A stretch of DNA of 64,000 nt from Dicyema japonicum (taxonomy: Eukaryota; Animalia; Dicyemida), in NCBI GenBank assembly GCA_011109175.1, contig RDEW01000008.1, positions 815,954 to 879,953 of the forward strand. The letters run 5' to 3'. Under the pieces are notes generated by a model, which saw only the letters and a list, made by a program, of their open reading frames with translations, did not search any database and had not been told where the DNA came from. Of this stretch, positions 12,740-24,644 are shown one piece after another (positions within the stretch are counted from its first letter, which is position 1; each line of letters opens with the position of its first letter). A program made the position numbers and the translations under genes.

Positions 12740-13800
12740 CTTTAATTGTTAGTGGTTTACAAGATTATAGTAAACATTGATTAGGGTTTCTGGGAAAGCC
12801 ATATTGACTACCATGTGTCTTGGTACTAACGATTGATCCTCCAAGGTTTTTAGATTTTGGGTTGGATGAGATTCGAACCAGGATTCTTCTTGCAACTGAC
12901 ACTTCCCTTCTTTAGGACTTCGGGTTCTGACTCCATCACCTCGTTTATGCGCACGAGAAGAAGCAAAGTAGACATTTTTTTCCAATAGAGGGACGGCATC
13001 ACCTTGACCGTCCAACTACTTGACTTCGTGACCTCAATTAACAACATAACTTCATTATCTCTAGCGTAATTTAATATTCAAGTGTTTGTATGCTAATGTT
13101 TGAGATAACTATACATGCGGAACGTTTGAGTGTTCACATGGAATAGTTTACTTTCATATGCTCGTTGGAACTGAAATCACTTTGTCTAGTACTTCGCTTT
13201 CCTTTGTGTTTAATGCTAATTTTGTTCGTCACTTCTAGCATTTGGAAGGCATCTAACAATTACTAAAAATTCTCATCTGCGATCATTTTCAAGTTCATCA
13301 AGGCTCTGATTCAGGCGGGTTCTACCCTCAAACAAAATTTACTATATCCAATTTCTCCCGAGTCTGTCATTTTTTCCATTTGCATTGGAAGAGGGGGACG
13401 AATGGTAATTCCTCATTGGGTAATAAAGACATTGAGTGGAATAGAGTCAGTTTAAGGCGTTTAAGTGATCCTCTAGTAGTTAAGGTTAGAGTAATGAGTG
13501 TTCCAAAATGTTGTTCTAGCGATCATGTGGGGAAACCCCCAAGAAAAGGGATCTGCGATCGAATGCGTTTCACAACGACCAGGAGAATTGGACATGCCAT
13601 ACTTAGATGTTTATTGACTCTTAGGAGGTCGACTGCATCAAATATCCGCCCAGGAGTGTTGGGGTTCTCACAAGTCCCTAGTCACTGGCGGTCAAAATTG
13701 TGGAAATGATCTAAGAAAACCTAAGAGAGGTCGTATAAGTTGCATACCGATCAGTCTAATTTATTCAATATCGAAGGATTTGAGCACTATTCTAAAGCAG
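12740..13800 (-). mobile_element. Highly decayed Ty3/gypsy-like pol remnant (related piece at ~10860-10990)
   Basis: Degenerate RT/RNase H-like fragments (KYGMSNSP, NNILEHS..LEDHLNAL, VEPAxIRALMNL). 13550-13610 resembles 10905-10950 at DNA level. Confidence 0.3.
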
Positions 13801-13899
13801 AGGATTCCAACTCAGAAAAAATATACAATCTTGCATCTCCGTCTCTTTACTGGACTTTCAATTGCATTATGGAAAAATAAACGAAATCATTTATTAAAT

Positions 13900-14040
13900 A
13901 AATATACTTTTATTAAGGAAAGAAAACAGAGTAAACGGTTATATAGCGGCTGACCTGACTGCGTGGCTATTCCCTCTCAGGATAGCGAGCGAGATTCGCT
14001 CAAATAACCAGCAGCGCTCACGAGGGTCTCCTGATCGTTT
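13900..14040 (-). mobile_element. CRE-clade element 3' tip
   Basis: LFERISLAILRGNSHAVRSAAI* followed by an A/T-rich tail. Confidence 0.7.
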
Positions 14041-14044
14041 ATTG

Positions 14045-15566
14045 TAATAAAAATTAAATATTCCTGAACATTTTCAGGTTTAAAGTTTCGATATTTAGTA
14101 ATAATTTTCGTCAAAATAGATATCGCACTTTCAACTGAGTTCTCAATTTTTTTAAGGAAAATATTTCATTTTTTTATTAATTCCGACTTTTATCTTATAT
14201 ATAGAGCTTCAATGAGTTTTTTATTATCATAAAATTCCTAATTACGGAACAAACAGAAATTTTTTATTTTTACTGATGAATGAAAATCTTACATTTGAAT
14301 TTTCAATATTTTGCGTATCCACCATGTGCCGAATATACTGCCAAAAGCGTTTTTTCATTGAATTAATGAGTTTCTCTGTAAACTTCGTAAGATTTCCTCC
14401 CAAACTCTTAAAACCTCCATCTTCAAGTCATTTATGGTCTCGTAATTGCTTTTGTACTTTTCTCGCTTTACGTGACTCCACCATAAATTCTCGATGGGGT
14501 TTAAATCTGGACACTGAGCGGCCACTTTATTTATTTAATTTGTTTTTCATTAAAAAACTCTTTCACGACCCTCGCTATGTGGCTTGGCGCACTATCCAGC
14601 TGAATAACGTAGTCTCTTATACCCATTTTTCAGCAGACTGAAGAAGATGATTTGTAAGACTGCTTATGTATCTTGCAGAATTTATATTACCCTCAATGGC
14701 TTCCAAATAGCCCTCACCGTAATAGAAGAAACTCCCCAGAACATGATTTTTTTAAAATTGAAATTTCAGTAAGCTAACCTTTTCCAAACTTATGAGTTTG
14801 CCGATGAATTCCGGCTTCAAAGAGTCTTTCGCATTTTTATAAACCATTGCGTTCTTTTTTGTCGGTCTCAGTTCAAATGAACATTCGTCAGAGAAGATGT
14901 AAGTTTTCCATTCATCATCAGATCTTGTAAAAAAAGTTTAACGATTTTCGTCTTTCCAGTATGTTTTTCTACTCAGATAAGGTTTTTTGATTGCTTTTCT
15001 ACAAAATATTTCTTTTATTCAGAGTTCGGATTACTATATGCATGGAAAACTTGTGTTCCAGTGGAATTCTTGAGTTCCGTAGATAACTTTAGCGATCAAA
15101 ACGAAGGATTTTCACGGGAAATATTGAATAAAGTTCATTCAACTTTGGTAGACGCCCTGTACTCGGTTTACAAAAAATCCTTCCGGTCTTTTTGTATTTA
15201 CTGATGAAACTTCCGACAGTAGAAAAGGGAACATCAGTCTCTCTGGAAATTTGTCTAAGAGACATTTTCTGGTTGTGCAGTCCAATTATTTGACCTTTTA
15301 AGACTTCCGATAAGTGATTTTTCTAAAAAAACTATCGAAAATTATAGGTGAATTAAGAAATTTAATTGGTGTACAATTTTCTATGAGCAACATGATTCAT
15401 CACGATGCAAAATTATATTCAAAATAAAAAATAAATCGCGTATAAAAATATTACAAATTAAATTAATGTCTAACTATTACATCTTAATTTCCAAAAATAA
15501 TATTTTCTTTCAAAAACCATCGAAATGTCTAAAAATGGGGTGTACAATTTTCTATGCTATGCACTG
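14045..15566 (-). mobile_element. Tc1/mariner element, decayed transposase, only one terminus intact
   Basis: Terminal GGTGTACAATTTTCTATGCTATGCACTG|TA at 15566 with an inner direct repeat at ~15369 (IR-DR type). Minus-strand fragments GQIIGLHNQKMSLRQISRETDVP, WKTYIFSDECSFE and an FxQDN-like segment. Left TIR not found. Confidence 0.75.
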
Positions 15567-15569
15567 TAT

Positions 15570-15730
15570 GTGAAGTAGGATTTTATTCTTAGTGTAATAG
15601 ATGTGAAATAAAAGTGACGTGGAAAAGATTTTGATATAAAAATTTCATTGAGGTCACAGCTAAAATTAGATTTATTCCTACCACTTGTCATATATCTTGT
15701 AGCATCTGTAACGAATAAAACGAACTTTTC
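15570..15730 (-). mobile_element. LINE family A RT fragment
   Basis: Shares TGTGAA(G)TAG(G)ATTTTATTCTT..TGTGAAA(T/C)AAAAGTGACGTGGAAAAGATTT with 5277-5340. Confidence 0.45.
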
Positions 15731-15844
15731 ACGTTCAATTGAAACTTCAACACAAATTGTTGAAGTGGTAGGCGGAGAATGTAATTAGTTACACAATACG
15801 AAAAAATTATAGCACGTGTTTTTTTAAATCTTTTTATTCTTAAT

Positions 15845-15965
15845 TAATTAATGAAAAATTTATTAACAATAAAATATTATTTATTAACTATGGGGAAGAG
15901 CGGCTGCTGACATCACGGAGTAAGCGTTTCCGCGGACAACTGCGATACCAATTCGTTGCCTCAGC
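15845..15965 (-). mobile_element. CRE-clade element extreme 3' tip (same subfamily as 4915-5015)
   Basis: WLRQRIGIAVVRGNAYSVMSAAALPHS* plus AT-rich tail. Confidence 0.65.
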
Positions 15966-16299
15966 CATTAATTATTAAAAAAATTTTTTTTATTTGAAAT
16001 TAATTACAGTTTCAACCATTGACTAAAATTGCGAAAAAGTTGCAACTTTAAAATGAAAATATATAACTAAAATGAATTATTTTCACTACATTATTTATTT
16101 ATCTAACTTTTATTAAATTATATTTAATTGCAATTTATTGCAATTAGTTGCCCTAATAATCACTTTATTATATTTAATTAAGTTTTCTTGCACGATTCAC
16201 TTTATATTTTTGATTTACCTGAAAGCGCTTTGAGTATATAAATTATTAATATTTACCTCTAGGCGATTATTCGATAAAATATCAGTAATTTCAGCTGGT

Positions 16300-17100
16300 T
16301 TTTCATAAGGCATCTTAAAACGGTTAAGTCTTAATGACAGGTTCCATAATCCCTTACCATGCGAACCAAAAATTAATTATAAAAAATACTTATCTTCTAC
16401 TTTAAAGTGTCATGTTTACTGTAAACATCAATTACAGTTAAAATTTATTTGTAGTCTTCATTTGAAGTAATCAAATTTTTGACATCGATTCATATTACAA
16501 ATGACAGATGATGGTAACCAGTCCAGCACATTACAACTATTATTTTAGCAGAAACAATTTTTAACACAAAAATTTAGTGAGATAATTTTTTTCATTCTTG
16601 ACAAAGTTTTTGAAATCTCGGTGTAATTGAGGAGAGTGCTACTCCTAGCTCATTATGCACTACTAAACGAGTTCGATATTTAGATTTCATTGCAGATAGT
16701 GCAGGAAATTCGATTTCGCATAAATTTAAGGTAATAAATGGCAACGAAACTGTCAATGGTTTAATCTACAAAATTTCATATTTCTTACTTCGGTTCAACC
16801 AAAAATGGATTAGTGGTTCTCTCAAATTTTTGTTTCAATAATGTATCACATGACAATTCTATCAATTTTTTCTAAAGTTGGCGATACAAATTCATTATCT
16901 TCATCAATAAATGGATTCTGTATCCATGCGAACGTTCGAGATCTTTAAAATAATGAACAAAAAATAGATCTTCTATTATTGTATTTTCCGCGACATATCT
17001 GATACGGGCAATTAAATGTGCAGTTATGTCACTTCCCTCATCAATTTGTATAGCGAATTTATTATTGCGTAGTCGAGAAACCAATCGATCACAAAGATCT
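16300..17100 (-). mobile_element. hAT (Buster/ZBED5-like) transposase remnant
   Basis: LRNNKFAIQIDEGSDITAHLIARIRYVAENTIIEDLFF matches the ZBED5/Buster FALQLDESTD..LLxYVRY..IxEDFLFC region. Rest decayed. Confidence 0.6.
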
Positions 17101-20100
17101 TATATGTCTTTACTGGAGGTTTTGTCAGTAAGTCGAAAATTCATATGTTTTTTAAAATTGTTTAAAACTTATAAAAATATAGATTTTAATCAAAAATATT
17201 ATATAAATCAAAAGTTATAAAATCAAAAAAGTCAAAAATTTGGGTAATGTCAAAAAAGTCAAAATTTAATTTTTTATGTCAATAAAATAAAAAATTTTTT
17301 ATCAGCTCACGAATTTTCTAACAACACCTTTTGATTGAATCTTTCGTCTAATAAACATTTCAAACTAACAGGTCTATTATTACTATTTCAAAGGTGCTAC
17401 TGTAAAAATATCTGAATTTCTCATTCCGTCTACCGACGCTAGGATCAATGAGCTCACGAATACTTTTCTTTGCATTAGATGAACACTAGTTAGTTAGAAG
17501 CTCTTTCGCGTAGCCAATAAAGGGTTTCGCTTGAGCCATGCTTTACAGCCATCATCCTCGCCATCTTGTTTCTGGCCCTCATTCGAACCTTAAAGTTTAC
17601 AAAACTTGTTTGAGGGTTTTGAAGTTGTTGAACATTATTGTAGAAATTTTATTGAAGTAAATAACTATAATTTTTTGAAAATTGAATTTTAATCAAAAAT
17701 GCTAGGAATCTATTAAAATGAACTACGGAAGAATTTATCAGCTATATTATGTCAATTTTAGTTCATAAATTTAAAAATGACAGGAAAAACTTACTTCACC
17801 GTAGAAGACGCATCAGCATATTCAAAAATTGTATTTAAGTAACGATTTATGCGGAATTAAGAAGTATGTGGAATCTAGATTTTCTGGTAGTAAGTTTTTT
17901 CTATTACAAAAATGGAAAAACAAAATATTTATCCATGCACATACGCCCATTTGAAAAATCTCCTTCTACGTGATTATCTATTCAGTAAAGATTTTTATTA
18001 TTGTAAAATTATTATACAAAAACCGAAATTTTTAACCTGAAAAAATTTTGAATATTATATATTTTAATAAAGTTTTTGATTAGCTTTTTTCATTTAAAAA
18101 AATTTTTCGAGACTAACCTACCTAGGTAGAATTGTCGCACATCTGCCTCCAAAAATAAGCCAAACGAGTCTTAATGTGAAGTAGTTGGTCAAACTAAAAA
18201 ATGATATTTTAATTTAAGACCAGGGTAAAAAACGTTCATAGTCATCTCTTTGATTTCCTTAAAAACTCTATGCGTCTTCAGTATGGTTCCAGCATTGAAA
18301 CATAACCCTCAGTTGGAGGCGCTTATGACCTTTTTGCAGGCAGAATTTTTTTCTGTGGGCATAAGGACAGTGTCCGCGTTGTAAGCAAGAAATAAAAACT
18401 GTGGAGCATTGATCCACCAAATGCGACAGTATTCTGAACCTGACTACATGTGGTGGTATAATGAGGTTGTGAGATCTATCCACCTACTTTTGTGACAAGT
18501 ATTAGATATCAAAGTCCAAAAAGTAGAAACTCAGAGTGCAGTCTATTCTTGATAAAGTTACTGTATAGCCCAATAAACATGATAGTGTGCATTATGGATA
18601 GTTATCGGGGAACATACTCTATCATAGAGAACGTTTGCTAAAAGTGGAGGTAGAGAAAAGCGAATGTACGCTCTGGTGGAGAAACGAATTGGGGATAATG
18701 CATATGTGGAAAATCCATAGTATTCCTTATATGATAACATGGAATTATATCCTAATAAAATTCCACAGGTGTTAGTTGATAAGTTGGATGGGAAATGCAT
18801 ACTCAAGCAACTTTATAAAAGAGAACCCGTTGAAGCACTCCGTACGAGACGAACATGAAAAAGTATTTAAACCGATTCGCCGCAAAGAGGATGAACGAAT
18901 GAAATCAAGATCCAAGAGTCATCAAACTTTGAGAAGTCAATAAAAGAGGAAGCTCCAATGTGAAGTGTCCGAGGTAGGAGTCAGAATAGACAAATAACCT
19001 CTTAAATTCTTGTTAAACTATTTTATTGGGCAAGTGGCTTTCTCAAGGATCCTCTGACGTTAGAATGAAAAAACTTTAAGAAATTCACATATTTTTGTAT
19101 CAAAATATTGAAGTACCTGAGAAAATGCTTTATGTAAGAAATTGAAAGAGCTCCCCCATAATATTATAAGATTAAAGGGAGAGCACTAATAATTAGAAAT
19201 TAATTATCATTAAAGTTAGCAGCACACAAACCACTGACCTGGAAGAGCGCATTTTTGACTAACCAAGTTCAATTTGGAGATAGTTCGATCGGATAATATT
19301 AGCCTCTCGTTTTCTGATTTCTTCTATACATGGACAGATGACTAAATAAAAAAACGTAGACTACACAGAAGTTCGAAAGGTGGAGCAATGGGTGAACATG
19401 GAAGATGATCGCTGCCCTTAGACTGCAAGAGAGGTATATACTAACCTTATTCCTAATTGTAGATTTACTAATAGAATATCGAAACTCAGAATTCTCCCCC
19501 AAGTTCTTTCAATTTTGGGTAGAAAGAGAATAGATCCAGATACACTTTTACAAAAACTCATGAGTTCATCACCATGATGATTAGAAGAAGACAAGGACTT
19601 TCATCGATCATGAAGCTAAGTAGACATTCCATGCAATAAAGTAAGTCACCACCTCAAGCGTAACCACATAACTGAGCTGAATTAATTTACCTAAATATAT
19701 AGCTAAACCACACAATAATCGTTTGTAAAACGAATTAACAATAATTTATGCTTTTCATGAATATTCTGCCGAAGGATACCTCTATCCATTCTTGGAAAAA
19801 AATATCAATAAAGTCACAACTATTTTAACCAATTAACATTCGATTCAACCATTCCCGCCATACAGAAAATGAGGCACATTTTCTCTCCATGATAAGAATA
19901 CTTGGGAGATATTTTCTTGCCCCAGAAACACATCGATTGGTATTAATTAAGATTTAATACAATGTTATAGCAAATAAATTCGAAAACCGCAAGTTAATCA
20001 GTCGCACATTAGTTAGAAAGTCACGATTTAATAAAAAATTAAAAAAACACAGAACTGAGTCAGTCATCCCAATTATTGTCATAGCAATATTCTCAAAACC

Positions 20101-20279
20101 TGTTGTTTCGTTAAGATTCTCTCCTCCACATTCTTGCTAAGATTCATGGTTTCTCAATAAAGCCCAGTAGTTGTGCTTTGTTAGGCAGAAATAAGCTCAG
20201 TTAAGAACTTATTTTCTGTAAAATAATAGAATATCGTATTAATTGTCACAAATAAAGAAAGAGTAATAAACTATATTAT

Positions 20280-21741
20280 TTAGGTCCTTTGACTCCTTTC
20301 CACGTACAGACGATACCTAAACGATAAAGATCATGAATTTACATTAATGTGAAAGAAACGGAAAGTAAAAGACTTGCTACAACGAAAAATACAAGACCGG
20401 GAAAAATCGTTAAGGTTAATCCATATACTTGGAGTCCAAGTGTATTCCTAAGACACCAGATAAACTCTGAAGTAACAAAATAATAGAGAAAAGTCTCCCT
20501 AAAATGTAAAATTAAGCAGAACCCTTTTCATCCAGATCCACTAGCTTCGCCAGCATTGACCTAAAAATGGCTGCGGGGATCGTCTGGAAGGACAGGAAGA
20601 CCATGGCTAATGAATATTAAAAAATCCTCACCAATGTAAATCATAATCTTATTTTTAGCGAATCCCAGTAAAATAAGCCCAATTGAGTTAGAAAGAGTCG
20701 ATATAATACCGAAGGAGGTGTCACTGAGTCGACGTCTCCCTGAATTATTTTCCTTGAGAAGAAACTGGGAGCTCAAAATCCCAAAAATAAGTCCGCCTAC
20801 ATTAGCTATGGAACGGCTATTCCATATTCCAGATTAGACATCAAAAATGGATCTAATATAAAATATAGATAGGTCACGGAGGAATAAGCTATAATAAATC
20901 CAAGTATTACAGGTGAATGACAAATAGGAAAGGAAGAAGCACAGCAGGTATAATAAAATGAGGTTACGAGAATCTCTCTTTTTAAAAATAACCCCAAAAA
21001 GTTGTCTAAACACGTTTAAATAAGAAAAAACGTAAAAATGTTGCATTTTGGTTTGCTTTCTGGTAAATCTCCACCGGAAGAAGACTTAGGAATATCAGGG
21101 ATCAGAAACAAGCCGTAATAAGAAGAGGCAATGTATAACGTAATAGATATCAAAAAGGCCACATCCAGTTGTTTTAAATCAGCCAAATAGCCTTCCACGT
21201 TGTTAGTGACTAAAACAGCAAATAATGTGACGACTTCTGCTATGACAAGACGACTGGATAAACGCTCGGGATTCACGGTGACACTTATGTAACTGAAACT
21301 CGTCTGATAGAGAACAACCACACTCCCTAAACAAAAGGAGACAATGGTAGACATGTATATCGTCAAATTAAATCTGACAATGAACATCAAAAATAGACAT
21401 CCAGCAGAGGATCCAATAAGTGGAAGACACAGGGACTGTTTGTATCGCCCTTTGTCGATTTGGACTCCCGAGAGAAACGTTGGAATAATGGGAATGACAA
21501 CCATGAGAGCACTGTTAATGGTTATAACATTATCTGAGAGTTTTTGAACGTTAAGGCGTTTGCATTTCTGAATGAAACTATTTGTGTTCTTGGATTGTAA
21601 AAAGTCGCAATTCTTGTATAAATTATTGCAGGATTTTTGATAAATCAATGCTTGTCGGGAAAGACCCTGTAAGTTTGCAGCCAAAATGACCAAAAATAGA
21701 AATGGTTCAATATATGAAATTTTCTCTAATTTACATGCCAT
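20280..21741 (-). CDS. SLC46: SLC46-family MFS transporter (proton-coupled folate transporter / heme carrier HCP1-like), with micro-introns and two apparent 1-nt deletions
   Basis: N-terminal IEPFLFLVILA..LIYQKSC, FSYISVTVNPERLSSRLVIAE, PFLMSNLEYG, RSMLAKLVDLDEKGRLFS and C-terminal VYGLTLTIFPGLVFFVVASLL. Introns 24-26 nt. The frame is restored by adding one base at ~20812 and one at ~20445. Confidence 0.8.
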
Positions 21742-23550
21742 TAAAATTAACTGATATTTTTTATAAATTTAAATTTTCACAGATTTTATTAATTTTAAAT
21801 TAAAATTTAATTTTATTTTTAAAATCAATTTTGTACTGGTCATTATAAAATCAATTTTATTTACAATTTGCACTCCTATTAGAGACACCCATTGCCTTAC
21901 GAGTATCTAAAAAGAACCCCCTTTCTCTACTCCGCTGGATGATTGACACAATGGCGGAATAGATTGAATTGATACTTGAAAAGGATACGTCTCACTCCGA
22001 CTGGGAAACTAAATATATTTAACTAGACGTCAATTAACCCTCAACTATATTCGATATTACTCTATATGGCTTAAGGCATACATGACTCTATTGCCATATT
22101 GCAACATCTTAGGTCATCGTCCCATTCATATTCATGCTACAAATAAAATTTTTCTTTAATTTAAGGAGAATCAAGACTGGTATATTAGTCCAGAGTTCGT
22201 AAAAAGTGGGTACAAATGCCGCCTCACCAATCAAATTCCTCCAGACAATTCAATTTTCTATTTGATATTTCTCCCATTATTAGTTAAAATTAATTTAGGG
22301 TAAAAATAGCATTTCTTAAAAAGTTGGGGCGTCTGGCTACACTCAAAAGTCATGACCGTGAAACTCAGTGGTCTCCTATTTCATCTCCGTTGCTATGGTA
22401 AATCACTGTGTTGGCTGAGGTTACTACTGGAACGCGTCAGGATCAAGGAATTCGTTAGTTTCGATTTACCCTTGGTCTTTTGAATATTTTAAATTTTACC
22501 GCAAAGTACGCCACACAGTCTCATATGGATTTCTTAGTGGTCAAACAGAGAGCAAATATTTATGATCTTTTAATTCTGTGAAAATTTTATTTCCAAAAAA
22601 GACGTAGATTGTTTCCTTGCAAATTTGAACCACTCCGAAATGATGTTCCCTTAATATCGAGTACACATCAGAGTATTGCGATGTAATTTCTCAACAGCAG
22701 CATTTGAAATGTGTAATAATTGAAGATAACACGTGTGATTTGTGATGAATTGACGATACAGAATCAAAAGTTTGGAAAGAACAAAACTAAAGTGTTACTT
22801 TCTTTAAGGCACTCAATGAACATGCGACTTCCTTGTTTAATTGTTATATTGGTCTTATCAACGTCGAATCGAGAGAATTCGAAGCGTTAACAAACTCTTC
22901 AATGACCGGATTCACTACAGAACTGTAACGTTATACTTACCGCGAGATACTCTGGGAGAGGACTGACATCAATCACCTACAATAACGAACGTATCTTTCT
23001 TCAGTTTTTTCAATGATCTCCAATACAAGGCTAACAATTGCTTGAGGAAAGCAGGAATCTTACGGGTCTTAAATTTAAAGAAAACACATATCGCCGTAAT
23101 CGTTGGATTCCTGACTATAAATACTGTTAGTTAGTTAATAGCACTTCCGCGTTGCCACAAGCACGTAAAATGCCTAGGGTTTCGCTCGTGCCGTACACTC
23201 GACTATCCTCCCAGTCAGCCCTCTCCATCTAGCTCTTTTTCGCGCGTTTACGAATATCCTAAAGATCGTCTCCAGTTTTGAGTTGACCGCCAATTTCGTG
23301 CCTAATCGTTATTCAAGCAGAGGGGAAGCATACATCTTCCAATTCCGTGATTTGAATAGTAATCTTCGATGATTTGATTGCAAGGAATCACTTAGTCCAT
23401 TCTCAGAACAAGTCCGAAAAGTACCAGTGTGAGGTAATTACTTCTCTTCTCTGAACGTGTTATATAAGCGCATCCGAAGATTTAAGGAGATCCTGTAGTG
23501 GAAATTCTCAGCGCCACGGGGATCTCCTGTAGAAATTCGATTCCCTAGAC

Positions 23551-23950
23551 CAGGGGTCGGCAAATACTTTTGGAGAAGAGCCACTTTTTGAAATTTTTGG
23601 AAATTACGAAAAATTGAAAAGCCATCTTTTATTTTCTTATATCACATGATTTATCTATTGCCATCGAAATCGAATTTGCTAATCTCAGGTCAGTAACTGG
23701 TTGAATAGCTACATTCGAGGACATCTGATTAGTCATGTCTGCTACTATTTTTGCAGATAAAGGTATATTCATTATTTTATTCATGATTTTTGTTTTATTT
23801 CAAAAACCGTATTTGTGATATTTTGTTTATAGTTAAATGCTAAAAATACAAAATAATTTAAAAAAATAATAAAATTGTCCTATTTTTTCTCAAGATGCCC
23901 TAATTGTACTATTTTGTCTTAAAAATATCCTATTGTTTCCGTCCGCCCTA
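23551..23950 (-). mobile_element. hAT (GTF2IRD2/Charlie-like) terminal fragment
   Basis: Begins with the typical TIR CAGGGGTCGGCAAA after CCCTAGAC. Minus strand LSAKIVADMTNQMSSNVAIQ..LANSISMAID resembles LSxxTVxxRIxxMS..FSLALDES. Confidence 0.55.
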
Positions 23951-23953
23951 ATA

Positions 23954-24626
23954 CACTCAATCCCATAAATGTTGACCCAATTCCCATAAATGTTGACCCT
24001 ATTCCCATAAATGTTGACCCAATTCCCATAAATGTTGTCCCAAATCCCATAAATGATGACCCAATTCCCATAAATGATGTCCAAGTTATATATATAAATA
24101 ATACACAAGTAAATCTATATTTAAAATTTTAATTTTTTAGATTTGTTATCAACTAATACAGATATGAGAAGTCGCAAGGTTTTTATGAACGAAATCTATT
24201 TATCACTTCGATCAGTAAAAAGAGTTTGAATAGGTGTATACAAAAGTGTTACAACATTTTATTTACCCCTTATTCAACTGACTTGAACCCAATTGAAAAC
24301 TTTTTTTATTGTGTGAAATCTCGCCTAAATGTAATTAGACCAATAGTAACTGTAAGAGGAGAATTGCTAACAACTATCGGATTTGTTATGAGTGGTCTCG
24401 AAACCGAGAATTTGTCCTCATATTACAGTTTTTTGGGAAAGGGTAAATGGAATTAATAACAGATTAATTGAATAAAATATTTTTTTCCTAAATTATTTAT
24501 TAGTATAATATATATAACTTGGACATCATTTATGGGAATTGGTCATCATTTATGGGAATTGGGACAACATTTATGGGAATTGGGTCAACATTTATGGGAA
24601 TTGGTCAACATTTATGGGATTCAGTG
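23954..24626 (+). mobile_element. 673-bp non-autonomous Tc1/IS630-type element with ~130-155 bp TIRs built of 20-21-bp tandem repeats; TA TSD
   Basis: TA|CACT(C/G)AATCCCATAAATGTTGAC at both ends. Left arm has ~6 and right arm ~5 units of CCCATAAAT(G/GA)TTGACCCAATT. The interior encodes LFTPYSTDLNPIENFF (PPYSPDLNPIE motif). Confidence 0.85.
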
Positions 24627-24644
24627 TAATCATTAATATGCTCT

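Noticed and set aside
4915-15965. GC-rich ~100-bp repeat pair (4915-5015 and 15845-15965) first considered a structured ncRNA or spliced-leader gene
   Set aside because: It translates as the CRE retrotransposon C-terminus (AVVRGNAYSV..*) plus 3' tail.
17400-19900. Possible LTR-retrotransposon gag/integrase remnants here and at ~21850-23500, 29990-30700, 54900-56050, 57400-58700 and 61000-62000
   Set aside because: Only very degenerate motif echoes were visible; too weak to call or to bound without a profile search.
23960-24625. 21-bp repeat arrays resembling a CRISPR array
   Set aside because: Units are contiguous with no spacers, occur as two inverted arms with a TA TSD, and enclose a Tc1 transposase fragment; no cas genes; eukaryotic context.
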